This document shows positions 21,833-33,021 of a stretch of 64,000 nt of DNA, one piece after another (the stretch's first letter is position 1; the number at the start of each line of letters is the position of its first letter). The DNA lies in NCBI GenBank assembly GCA_946965045.2, contig OX337228.1, positions 4,340,001-4,404,000 of the forward strand, read 5' to 3'. The DNA comes from Epithemia pelagica. Taxonomy: Eukaryota; Protista; Bacillariophyta. The notes beneath the pieces were generated by a model that did not search any database, had not been told where the DNA came from, and worked only from the letters and a program-made list of their open reading frames with translations. The translations under genes and the position numbers were made by a program.

Positions 21833-23743
21833 CTAGAAACTGCCAAACAAATCCGTATTTGTATTCGGGGCTTGTTGCTGTTGTGCATTCATCATGCCCT
21901 GTTGTGGTTGCTGTTGCTGTTGCTGCTGCTGCGGTGGGAAGGCCGTGCCAGAATTGGCAGTCTGCTGTGGATACATTTGTTGTTGATGCATTTGCTGCTG
22001 CTGCTGCATTCCGTTCATGTTGGTCTGGCCCATGGCTGGCATCATTCCGCCATTGGGCATGCCATTGTTGCTACCAAACTGGCCAAAGCCTTGTCCGCCC
22101 ATGTTGTTGTTGTTGTTACCAGAGGGACCCTTTTGTTGCTGCATCATGAACTGTTGATTTTGCATCATTTGCTGTTGCTGATTAGGCATCATTTGGTTAG
22201 GCATTTGCGCTTGTTGTTGTTGATTAGGCATCATTTGATTTGGCATTTGTTGTTGTTGTTGATTGGGCATCATTTGATTTGACATGTGTTGCTGTTGATT
22301 GGGCATCATTTGATTTGGCATTTGTTGTTGTTGTTGATTGGGCATCATTTGATTTGACATGTGTTGCTGTTGATTGGGCATCATTTGATTTGGCATTTGT
22401 TGTTGTTGATTGGACACCATTTGGTTTGGCATTTGTTGTTGTTGATGGGTCACCGTCATTTGGTTTGGCATTTGTTGTTGTGGAGGTTGGTTGGGCATCA
22501 TTTGATTCGGCATCGCTTGTTGCTGGTTGGGCATTGGTTGGCTCGGCGCGGTTTGCATCATCATATTGGTTCCTTGTGAAAATCCATATCCTGGATTGGG
22601 CGATGTCTGCATTTGACCTGTTAGGTTGGCATTGGGTTGTTGCTGCTGCTGTTGCATCATCATCATGGACCCTTGATTTGTATTATTATTGTTGCTGTTG
22701 TTGTTTTTTGTGGCCGCCATGGGTTGCCCTTGACCCATAGTGTTGGCTGGCATGGTGCCTTGGTTCATGGGCACCCCCATTTGGTTATTATTGTTCGTAT
22801 TGGACACTGGTGTGTTTGATGCCTCGGTTGGCATGGGTTGCTGCATCATGGCCATGCCAGGCTGTGGCATGGATGGATTTGTCATATTATTATTGTTGTT
22901 GTTATTGTTGTTGTTGTTCATAGTGGATGTTGCCGTATCCAAGGGCAGTGTCATCATGTCCTGACCTTGCATGGCATCGTCCGCAGAAGAAGCCGCACCC
23001 GCCGACATGGTCGAAGGCATGGATCCGGCAGGGCCCAACCCGGCAAAGGGATCGTCCGGATCTTCGGCGGCCAAAGGGGCTGGAGCTGTCAACGGTTCAG
23101 ACGATACCACTTGTGTCGGCATGGGGGATTGGCTTGCCATTGGGGTGGCCGTCGCCGGGGCGGAAGAAGCGAGACCATCCAAGGCGTTGCTGTTCATATC
23201 CTTGGGCTTGTCGTCCGATTGACTGCTGTTCATTCCTACTCCATTCTCAAGACTTGTCGTTGCCATGTTGTTGTTGGTGGTGGCATCGTCCTTCTTGTGT
23301 TGTTGTTCTAGGGCATAGTCGTAGACGGCAGCCAATTGGGTTTCGGTCAATTTGGCCAAGACGGTTTGCAACAAGGCCGGAATGGGATTTTCGACATGCA
23401 AATAGGATTCCGTCGTTTGTTTTTCCTTGCCGTTGCTTTCCAAGACAATGGTATAAAAGGGTTCCAGGTCATCGTCATGATGAATCTTGACAATTTTGGC
23501 CTTACCATCCGTTTTGTAATAGACCGCTTGACCCTCGTAAAAGCCTTCCTTCTTGGTGTTGGTGTTGTTGTTGGAAGTTGATGCATGATCCATAGTAGGT
23601 AAGGAAGGAGGAGGAGCATTGGATGGTTTAGTCGCAGAGGCCATGGTGGGAGCAGGAGCTTGTTGTGGCGATGCCGTGCGTGTGGGCGAATGAATGCTGG
23701 TATTGGCAGGGATGGTTGGAGCCGACCCAAAGTTTGCAAAGGA

Positions 23744-23774
<31 letters not shown>

Positions 23775-24787
23775 GATGGTATCTCTTGTTGTGGTGGTGG
23801 TGGTTGCTGTTGTTGCTGAGGTGGTACTTGTGCTGGTTGTTGTTGTGGCGGAGCAGGATTGGAAAAATTGGCAAACTCTTGAGGTGCTGCCGTGGGAGCA
23901 AAGTTGGCAAATCCGGCTTGAGGCACTTGTTGTGGTGGTTGCGGCGGTTGCGAAGAAAAATTGGCAAATCCTTCTGGTTGCTGCGGCTGTTGTGGTGGTG
24001 GAGCCTCGTTGGACGGCGGAAACGAGGCAAAGTTGTCGACCGCCTGTCGGGTTTGCGCCGAGCCAAAATCAGCCGGAAAGGAGTGGTCGTCTTGAGATGC
24101 TGGTGTCGAAGAAGAAGAAGGAGCAGCCGCAAAGGGATCGGCGGCTGCCGTTGTGGGGGCCGAACCAAACAAATCCAAAGCTGGTTCTGGCTGTTGCGAC
24201 GATACAGGAGGAGGCATGTTTTGGACCATGGTAGGTTGAGGTGCATGGGAATGACTGGATCGTCCAGCCGAATTCTTTTTGCGACTCGCCGAAGAGGGAG
24301 ATTTGGCTTGGGCGGACGATGGTGCAGCTCCATTTGATGTTCCTGCTGGTTTGTTGGGATCGCTATACCATTGTTTGTCGTAATACTTTCGTCGAATCCA
24401 GGCTTTGAGCTGCATGGGATTGGAATTGTCCGTAGGTGCTTTGAGGCGTTCCACACGAGGATTGTATTTGGCCATCCAAATGAGATTGACCTTGTCATTG
24501 TCCATGGTTTTCATCATGGCAGCTTCTTCCTCGGTGAATTTGGAATGACCGACACCCTTGATGCGTTGATTCAATTCGCGATGAATGCCGGCGCAAATGA
24601 TACACACAAAGGACATGGCATTCAGATTCACACAAGAGGGTAACTTGGCCGTACAATCGGCACATTTTTTGTTGGGGGGCAACTTTTGCAAGGCACGAAT
24701 GATATCGTCCGGAGTTTCGATCGCCTTGGCAGTCGTACGACGAGGTCCTGCCCTACGACCACTCGCAGAACCGGGAGGGCCAATCAT
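21833..24787 (-). CDS. ArfGAP protein (AGFG1/AGD14-like) with FxxF motifs, an internal beta module and a Q/M/N-rich repeat tail
   Basis: CADC-x16-CIICAGIHR zinc finger with catalytic Arg; WIRRKYYDKQW; repeated FANF; terminal DLFGSF. Likely ATG at 24787. Confidence 0.88.
22150..22530. repeat. Coding tandem repeat (33-39 nt units encoding QQQQMPNQMMPN) with an AB higher-order unit
   Basis: Units A (22261-22296) and B (22297-22335) recur as A (22336-22371) and B' (22372-22407). Confidence 0.9.
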
Positions 24788-25307
24788 GAGGATGGTGGTG
24801 GTAAGAGGATCGGTTGTCAGCAACAACAATGGGACAATGGTCAATGGAGTGTGGAGTGACTCTCCGGTTTGGAACATCCACAGTGTTGTTCTTCTTGGCA
24901 AGGATCGTTGATACCACACCACGTGAGAATCTTTTCTCGCCTTGTCCCAACAAACGGACATTGTGACCGGCGTACAGGTGATGGCACGCGCACAAACTTG
25001 GCCAAACGAATTAGGCGAGCTGTTCCAATAGATAGCTACTCCTCTAGCTACTCCTAATACTCCTAGTAAATCCATGCCCCAAAGGAAGGTTCGGAAAAGT
25101 GGCAGTACCATATACGTGCATGATCGTACGGAAACTCCGGACTTTCCTCCAAGATACGCTTTCTCTCATTCATTCCTTGCATAAATTTTTGACACGCAAC
25201 GCTTCAGTGGTCGATTCCTGTTGTGGTAGAAAGAGAGCTCGACAACACCCATTGCAAGAGTATAGGGAGCCTTTGGTCCACAACAACAACAGTATCATCA
25301 CGATAGA

Positions 25308-26951
25308 ATGACATTCGCCATGGATCTTTCGCCGGAATGGCAAACCACCTTGGGTTGGATGGCCACGATCTTGTGTGGATTCGTTCTGATTGTGTATTAC
25401 CTTGTTCCCTATGGATTGCATGTGTGGGCCAAACAAGTGTACGAGCATTTGGTCAACAACCCTCGTACATTTTGTGACATTGATGCCTTTGTGCAATCCG
25501 ATGAAATCCGTCGCCAGACAACGGTCAATTACCTCAAGGTTGTGTGTGCCTACAAGATGCAACTCGGCAATCGCGTGCCGCGGACCGATCCGGTGCCCTT
25601 GGAAACGCACGAGTCCACTCATGTTCCCGGCTTGATGGTATCGCACAAGGCGGGATCCAATCAAGCCACGTTTCGCAATATTACCAGCATGGACCAAGTC
25701 CTGTCGAACAACAACAACAACAACAAGAAGGTTCCCATTGTTGTGGCCACGATTCGCATGGGCTTTGGTCATCATCGCATTGCCTATTCGGCCTGCTCGT
25801 GGGCCTTGAAACTGGGCCACCCGACAATCTTTCATGATTTGCTCAGTTTGGATTCCCCCGAATCGGCCTTGATTGCCAGTACCGATGATTTGTATAGCAA
25901 ATTTAGTCGATTGGCTTCGGAATGGGGTGGACCGGTGGAACGATTGTGGGGCAACATGATGTTGTCGGGCGATGCCAATGCCTTGAGAGCGGCCAGTTTG
26001 ACGGCGGCTCATTTGCAACCTCTCTTGACGGCCTATCCCAAGGATACCTGTATCATTACCACCCATCAATTGTGTGCCTTGACGGCCTCGGCCGCCGGCT
26101 TTACCAATGTGTGCAATTTGGTCGTGGACAATTTCCCCCAGTGGTTCTTGACCGTGCCCAATACCTTGAATTGTGTGCAAGGCCCCGTCAATTATCAAGC
26201 CTTTTTGACCATGGGCATTGCCCAACGGGAATTGCACTGTGCCGGACATTGGTGTCCGGCCGACCTGGTCCAGAATATTCCCGCCGATTGTCAACGACGC
26301 ATCCAACGGCGTCAAACCGGCAAGCCCTTACGGTTGCTCATTCCCGTCGGCGGTGCGGGGGCGCAACGAACCTTTATTGTCCAATTCGTCACCGCCTTGG
26401 CACCCCTCGTCCAACAAGGACGCGTCCAACTCTTGTTGAATGCCGGAGATCACAAACACATGAAGACGGCCTTTACTCAAGTCTTGGCCGACACCAAACT
26501 CGACTACGATACCGTCAGCACCACGGAGGGTGTCGTCCAGTTTCAACAAGCCTTGATTCAAGATGGTGGGGCGGAACCCACCAAAAATGTCACGCTCTTT
26601 AGCTTTGACGAATACTTTCCCGCCGTGGCCACGACGGACTTGTTGGCCCGTGTGACCGATGTCTTGGCTTGCAAACCTTCGGAATTGGCCTTTTATTGTG
26701 TTCCGAAATTGCACATTCGACGGGTCGGAGACCATGAAGCCGATTCGGCCAAACGGGCCAGTGAATGTGGCGATGGGACCGTGGAAGCACGGGAAATTGA
26801 CACCGCCATGCATTATGTCCAACTCTTTGAATCCCAACCCGACTTTTTGCAAGCCATGAATCAAGCCATTGTCCGTAACAATGAAATTGGTATTTACAGT
26901 GGTTGTCAAAAAGCCGTGGAACTCGTTGTGGCCAATGCTCTGAAAAAATAA
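25308..26951 (+). CDS. Uncharacterised membrane-anchored GT-B-fold glycosyltransferase-like protein (MGDG synthase/UgtP-like)
   Basis: N-terminal TM; IRMGFGHHRIA, IITTHQL, NLVVDNF, IPVGGAGAQ and DVLACKPSE follow the GT28/UgtP motif order; intronless. Confidence 0.6.
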   Translation: MTFAMDLSPEWQTTLGWMATILCGFVLIVYYLVPYGLHVWAKQVYEHLVNNPRTFCDIDAFVQSDEIRRQTTVNYLKVVCAYKMQLGNRVPRTDPVPLETHESTHVPGLMVSHKAGSNQATFRNITSMDQVLSNNNNNNKKVPIVVATIRMGFGHHRIAYSACSWALKLGHPTIFHDLLSLDSPESALIASTDDLYSKFSRLASEWGGPVERLWGNMMLSGDANALRAASLTAAHLQPLLTAYPKDTCIITTHQLCALTASAAGFTNVCNLVVDNFPQWFLTVPNTLNCVQGPVNYQAFLTMGIAQRELHCAGHWCPADLVQNIPADCQRRIQRRQTGKPLRLLIPVGGAGAQRTFIVQFVTALAPLVQQGRVQLLLNAGDHKHMKTAFTQVLADTKLDYDTVSTTEGVVQFQQALIQDGGAEPTKNVTLFSFDEYFPAVATTDLLARVTDVLACKPSELAFYCVPKLHIRRVGDHEADSAKRASECGDGTVEAREIDTAMHYVQLFESQPDFLQAMNQAIVRNNEIGIYSGCQKAVELVVANALKK

Positions 26952-27204
26952 AACGAAGAAGAATAAGAGAACAAGGGTTGTCGATAACAGTAACATGATT
27001 TGTGCAGTGGTCTCGTGTTTGCAGTCTTCTCTAGAGAATCACTATCGGTAGATCTTGTCTCCATAAAACATTCGCACTCGAATGCGTGTGTTGAGAGTAT
27101 CATTCTATCTGTATGGAAATAGAACCTACAAGCAGGAAAACGACAACATGGTGTGCTGTATCATGGTATTTTAGTAGATCGTACATAGTGTGTCAACGCT
27201 ACAC

Positions 27205-28598
27205 CTACGCCACGGCTGCTTCCTTGGCCACGAGGGAGCCATTCGACACCATTTCTTCCGCCACCAAGACCGCATTCAAGGCTGCTCCCCGCAACAATTG
27301 ATCACCACACACAAAGAATTCCAATCCATGGTCCCCAAACACGAGATTTTTACGAAGTCGTCCAACTTCCACATCGTAGGCACCCGTCGCGGTACGGGGC
27401 ATGGGATATTCCAAAGCCTCGGGATTGTCCACCAATTTGACACCCGGTGCTTCCTCCAAGGCCTTGCGAGCCGCCTCCAGGTCCACGGCCTTTTCCGTTT
27501 CCACCACAATCACTTCGGAATGCGCACGGATCGTCGGAATTCGAACGGCCGTACAACTAATGGGAAAATCGTCCGCCAAATTGCAAATCTTGCGCGATTC
27601 CCATGTGACCTTCATTTCTTCCTTGGTGTACCCATTCTCTTGGAATTTGTCAATTTGAGGAATCACATTAAAGGGTAGGGGATGGGCAAAAATTTCATTC
27701 TTGACTTCTTCGCCCTCCAGCAAGGCCTTGGTACCCTCTTGCAATTCGTCCATGCCGGGTTGACCGGCACCACTGGCGGCCTGGTAGGTGCTCATCAAGA
27801 TCTTTTTGAGGGTAAAGAGTTTGTGCAAGGGCCAAATGGCCATTAAACCAATCGCTGTCGTACAATTGGGATTGGCAATCAATTTGGATTTCTTGGTCTC
27901 CTTACCATTAATCTCGGGTACGACCAAGGGAACACTGGGTTCATAACGAAAGGCAGACTACACAGAACAAGCCAAAAAAAGAATAACACACGTGAGTGAG
28001 ATCATGCAGTAGTTCTTTCCGCATGCCGAGTACACAGAGAGAAACCATCACGTACCGAGTTGTCAATGCACACTACACCATCGTCTCCATCGGAAATGGC
28101 TCGAGCATGTTCCAAGGCAAAATCACCCGAGACGGCCAAAAAGACAACATCGCATTCCTTGGCCGCTTCGACCGAGAAGGGTTCCACCGTCACATCACCA
28201 TACGAGTCGGTCGAAATAGTGGAACCCGCACTGCGTGCACTCCCAAAAATACGGAGCGTACCCACGGGAAATTGACGGGTTTCCAAACATTGTCGAATTT
28301 CCTTGCCCACGGCACCCGTGGCACCGACAATCCCCACGGTATAGGACATTTGCATATCCGAAGCGGTAGAAGCCAAACTGGTCGATGGCTTGTGTGGGAC
28401 GACTTTTGCAAAAGACGACATTCTGTTGGATCGGATACCAAATACAGGAGAGGAGGAGGAGACAAAGGTTGATGGCAATGTACTGGAAAGAACGGGCGAG
28501 GATTGGCTATGGCGAGGAACAAAGGCACTGGTTTGTTGTGAACAGTCTGCAAGAGCAAAAGCAACAGCAGCAGTAACGGTGGCACTGGTCCACTTCAT
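27205..28598 (-). CDS. asd: Plastid aspartate-semialdehyde dehydrogenase; exons 28598-28056 and 27957-27205
   Basis: [15 protein letters not shown]|[37 protein letters not shown]; presequence TSA-FVP. Confidence 0.96.
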
Positions 28599-29253
28599 GG
28601 CAAACAGAAACAGACGAGATGTAACAAAACAAGAAGTGTTCTTGTCCAGAGAATGCAAACGAGAGTCTACGTGGATACAAAGCGTGAGAACTTTTTTTTT
28701 CTTCTCGTGATGTGTGATGGAATGATGTTTGCGTTTTGTGAAGGGCTCTCGAGCGTGATTTGTGATCCAAACATGCTCAGTCTTGCTTTCGACCGTCTAA
28801 AGCTCATGAGTCGCATAAATGCCTCGTTGGGTCCCAAAAACTTTCTATGTCACTGCGACATAGTCTCGACGGTCCTCGTGGTCATTCTGAAGCCAAGGGG
28901 CTTTTTAATTAGGATAAGATCATTTCATTGAAAGACAAAAGCCCAAGGTACATAGCTGCCGTTGAGTGGTAGGGGACGAAGCGCCATGTTAAGTAAACTA
29001 CTATGGCCTCTGTTTCCATTTATTTATCATCAAAGGGGGAATGGAACTTGAGGGCAAAATCAAGAGGCAAGCCCTTTTGAATATGAAGAAAACACGATCG
29101 CAACGCTGGGTTCCCAGTCTCTCTCTTTTCTAAATCAATAACAGAACGTAGAGAAGAGAGATCTGAGATCTTGTGCAATCAACCCAACAACGGCTCACAG
29201 GCAGCTCTGTTGAGATTTTTGCTGTTGAAAGTATAATAGCGAATGACGCAACG

Positions 29254-30669
29254 ATGAGGTCCAGTTCCATTGGAGGCAACCTCTCCATCTCGCAACGTCA
29301 CTTTTCAGTGTCACTGATTCTAGTGGCGTTGTGGGTACATACGGTTCCGGTAGCTGCCTTTACCAAGTACTTTTTCTTTTGCAGTTTATCCAATCGACCA
29401 ATTGTGTACTTGAATGCGACCATGACCAACAGCGGCCGAATCAGTTTTACAGAAGTGTCAGACAACAACAATGGCGAGGAGCGGCGATTGTTGAGATCCA
29501 GGAGTCATAACCTCACAATCGCGGGTGCCGTCCTGCCAAAAGACTCTCACTTGTGGAAGAATCATCGAACGTATTCTTCAAGTCTCTTTCGAAGCAAGGA
29601 CGTCAATAATGAGGACGAGGAAAGCGTCCCAGCCGTTCGACTTACGACCGAAGCATCGGATGGGGCGTCTTCTCTGAAATCGGGGAGATTTGAAGTTCTC
29701 GAGTTTCGACGATGTCCTTGTACTCCCCGTACCCACTATGACCGAGGGGATTTCTACTGTCCAGCAGATCTAGGATACTGTGCCATTTCAGGATCCTATC
29801 ATTCCAATCCAGAGGACCCTGTCTGTCTCAATATCCAAAGCGAGGAAATTTTTGTGCGGAGCATATGGCCCATTATCCTGATTTGGTTCGCCTTGACCTT
29901 TACCTTTTGTATTTGCACGTGGGCAGGAAAGAATGCTTGTGATTTCATTCTTTCTACTTTCTGTCCATGTTGGAACAAACTCTTGTTTGAGGCCATTTGC
30001 GCTCGACCACAAGACGACGACCAAGACAACAATAATGATCGTCGGAGAGGCTTTTTGAGGCGAATGGTAATTCGTCGAAGACGGTATATTCAAGATCGAT
30101 ACCGTGCCATTGTGGGAAGAGCGCGAGGATCGGAACCTGGAAATTTGAGTCATCATTCAGGCGGGTCGGAATACGAATTGCGAACCCGCATTTTCCGACG
30201 AGAGAAGAAAGATATTTCCAATGAAAACAAGGACCAAGACGAGCCTGTGCCAGAGCAGCACCAGGAAACAATAAGGGATGCAAATGAGAACGGTCTTTCG
30301 ATCCAACCCGTGGATAATGATGACGTTAATGACGGTGAAACTAGTTCGGAGGATCAACATTCACCATCCTGTGCAATCTGCTTTTTGACTCTGGAGGAGG
30401 GCGATCGAGTGGGAGCCATTGACTGTGAACACTTGTTTCACGTGGACTGCCTCAAGGGATGGTTGACCCGCCGCAATGTCTGTCCTCTCTGTCTGCAAGA
30501 GGGGATTGCCAAACCCAAGGGGCAGTATGGGTTGCAACAGAGGAGGTCCATTTCTACCAATACCACCTCGACCACCACCACACCCACTGCTTCCACCTCA
30601 TCTTCTCCGGCAAGTCGACATCGATCCATGGTCTCGGATGATGACGGCGACATGGCGGAACTGGATTGA
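29254..30669 (+). CDS. Signal peptide + Cys-rich ectodomain + TM + RING-H2 E3 ubiquitin ligase
   Basis: RING-H2 CAIC...CEHLFHVDCLKGW...CPLC; hydrophobic N-terminal and internal segments. Confidence 0.85.
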   Translation: MRSSSIGGNLSISQRHFSVSLILVALWVHTVPVAAFTKYFFFCSLSNRPIVYLNATMTNSGRISFTEVSDNNNGEERRLLRSRSHNLTIAGAVLPKDSHLWKNHRTYSSSLFRSKDVNNEDEESVPAVRLTTEASDGASSLKSGRFEVLEFRRCPCTPRTHYDRGDFYCPADLGYCAISGSYHSNPEDPVCLNIQSEEIFVRSIWPIILIWFALTFTFCICTWAGKNACDFILSTFCPCWNKLLFEAICARPQDDDQDNNNDRRRGFLRRMVIRRRRYIQDRYRAIVGRARGSEPGNLSHHSGGSEYELRTRIFRREKKDISNENKDQDEPVPEQHQETIRDANENGLSIQPVDNDDVNDGETSSEDQHSPSCAICFLTLEEGDRVGAIDCEHLFHVDCLKGWLTRRNVCPLCLQEGIAKPKGQYGLQQRRSISTNTTSTTTTPTASTSSSPASRHRSMVSDDDGDMAELD

Positions 30670-31007
30670 GGTTCTTTGGCCTGAACAAAGGATTGCTAGA
30701 GCCATTCTCTACACATAGTATTATGTATGGTCTCATCCAATTTTAATATGTTTCTTCGTGCGGTCATTTCTCAAATAATTAGTCTCATGGTCGGGACAGA
30801 AATGAGAGCCGATACGGATATCCTATTTGAGGATCAGGCTATTGTACTAGCCATAGGAATGGGAGCTACAGCTACAGCTACTCGTACCTTTCCATCGCTA
30901 AAGTACTCGCGAGTGGACACTGACCACACCCACGATACAATTAGGCTGACTCATCATCAATATCAATCATTCATCTCACGCTTTCGACGGATCTATTACT
31001 GACGACA

Positions 31008-32756
31008 ATGAGAACCAATCGGTTTCTTGCCACAGCAGGAGTTTGTCTCTTGTTTGTTCACCACTGTCATGGTCTCTCCACCCCATCGGTATCGACCAAG
31101 GGCGAAATGCAATCTCAAAACACGCAAGGCAAAGGTACCAATCAACAATGGACACCCAAAGTGAAGGATTTGCAAGATCGCAAAACACTGTTTCGGGGAC
31201 GGACGTATAATTCGGAAACCATTGGCAGTCTGGGGTTTCATCATGTGGAATTTTATTGTGGAGATGCCAAGAGTACAGCACAAATATTTTCCCATGGTCT
31301 CGGCATGTCCATTACAGGGTCGACAGGCCAACACACGGGAAACGATCAATGTGTCTCGTATGGATTGGAAAGTGGTCAAGTTCGTATTCTATTAACAGCA
31401 CCGTACTCGCAACAAGTCAGTATGTCATCGTCGACTTCCGAATCTTCAAGCAACAACGACTTTGATGCTCCCGACTGTTTGCCAGGATTTGTACCCAGTG
31501 AGGCCCATGCCTTTTTTGCCACACATGGATTGGCAGCCCGTGCCATTGGACTGCAAGTTGCCAGTGCCTCCCAGGCCTTTGCTGCTTCTGTGGAACGTGG
31601 TGCCGTGCCAGTGGTGGAACCCACCTTGGTTCCAGCATGTCAGGGTCAACAACAACAACAACAAGACTACGCATTGGATGGTGAACCGTTGGCATGCGAA
31701 ATTGCTGAAGTGGTCTTGTACGGTGATGTCGTGCTACGGTTTGTCAGTTCTCCTACAGAATCAGACGAGACTACCGAAACGAGCGCCACGGCGAGTTTAT
31801 CCACGAACGACGACGGTTCGGTGGTACGGCCCTTTTTGCCACATTTGGCACCCGTGTCGTCCTTTCGTCGTATCAGTTATGGATTGGAACGCATGGATCA
31901 TGCCGTCGGCAATGTTCCCAACTTGGCCGAAGCGTTGGAACGAATTGCCACATTTACGGGCTTTCATGAATTTGCCGAATTCACACCTCAAGATATTGGG
32001 ACGACGGAATCAGGGTTGAACAGTGTGGTCTTGGCCAGTGATTCGGAACATGTCCTCTTGCCCCTCAATGAACCAACGGAAGGAAGGTATGTATTTTCTA
32101 GTTACTCCATCTCAAGGTTTTTACCTGTCATGGCAGAACATGGGGAAAAAATTCTCACGTGAATTGTTGTTATTGCGTTTCTGTTCGGTGGTTCAATGAT
32201 TTTTGGGTTTGTTGAATGTTCTCTCGTGTGCGCCATTCGCAAAACTGGATCCATCCACGGCATGCCACTCTCCAGACGTAAATCTCAAATATTGACGTAT
32301 TTGGAACAAAATGAGGGTGCGGGGTTGCAGCATTTGGCGTTGAAAACCAATGATATTTTTGAGACCGTGGCACAGGTACGACAAGCCTACGAAACAGTGG
32401 TGGGCTTTGAATTGATGCGTCGTCCCAGTGAGGCGTATTACCGGGAATTGCCCGACCGCTTGGGGAATCAATTAACGACGGAACAATACGAACGATTGGA
32501 AGAATTGGGCATTTTGGCCGATGCCGACGACGAAGGCATTTTGCTGCAAATATTTACCAAACCGATTGGGGATCGACCCACATTTTTCTTTGAACTGATT
32601 CAACGAATTGGATGTCAATACACAAATAAGAGTGTGGAGAAGGAGGACGACGACGAAGAAATGCTGCAAAGACCAGGTTGTGGAGGCTTTGGACAAGGCA
32701 ATTTTCGTGAGTTGTTCAAGTCCATTGAGGACTATGAAAAGACGCTCAAGGTCTAG
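31008..32756 (+). CDS. HPPD: 4-hydroxyphenylpyruvate dioxygenase; exons 31008-32086 and 32276-32756
   Basis: FHHVEFYCGDA, MDHAVGNV, LPLNEPTEG|RRKSQI..YL..NEGAGLQHLAL, LLQIFTKP, FFELIQR, GFGQGNF. Confidence 0.96.
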
Positions 32757-33021
32757 TGTTATAGAAAAGGATCCGAGGAGCAAATCTCTTAGATGGTTGT
32801 TGCGGCTGTGCAAACTAAGTAGTATAATTGATAGGAGTAATCCTCTTCTAGAAGAAGAGTTTTCGGCTATTTTGGAGGTTCATCGTCCATAGTGTAGACC
32901 GCTCATGGAGCGAGAATCTTTCGGGTGCTTCATCATCAATCGTGGATGGACGGTCGAGTCACGAGAAAAATCTTCGCCCACAAAAACCGCCGATCCAAAA
33001 TCCAACCACGCTCCAGTCACC

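Noticed and set aside
22150-22530. Regularly spaced repeats as a possible CRISPR array
   Set aside because: The units are contiguous, in frame and without unique spacers; there are no cas genes and the context is eukaryotic.
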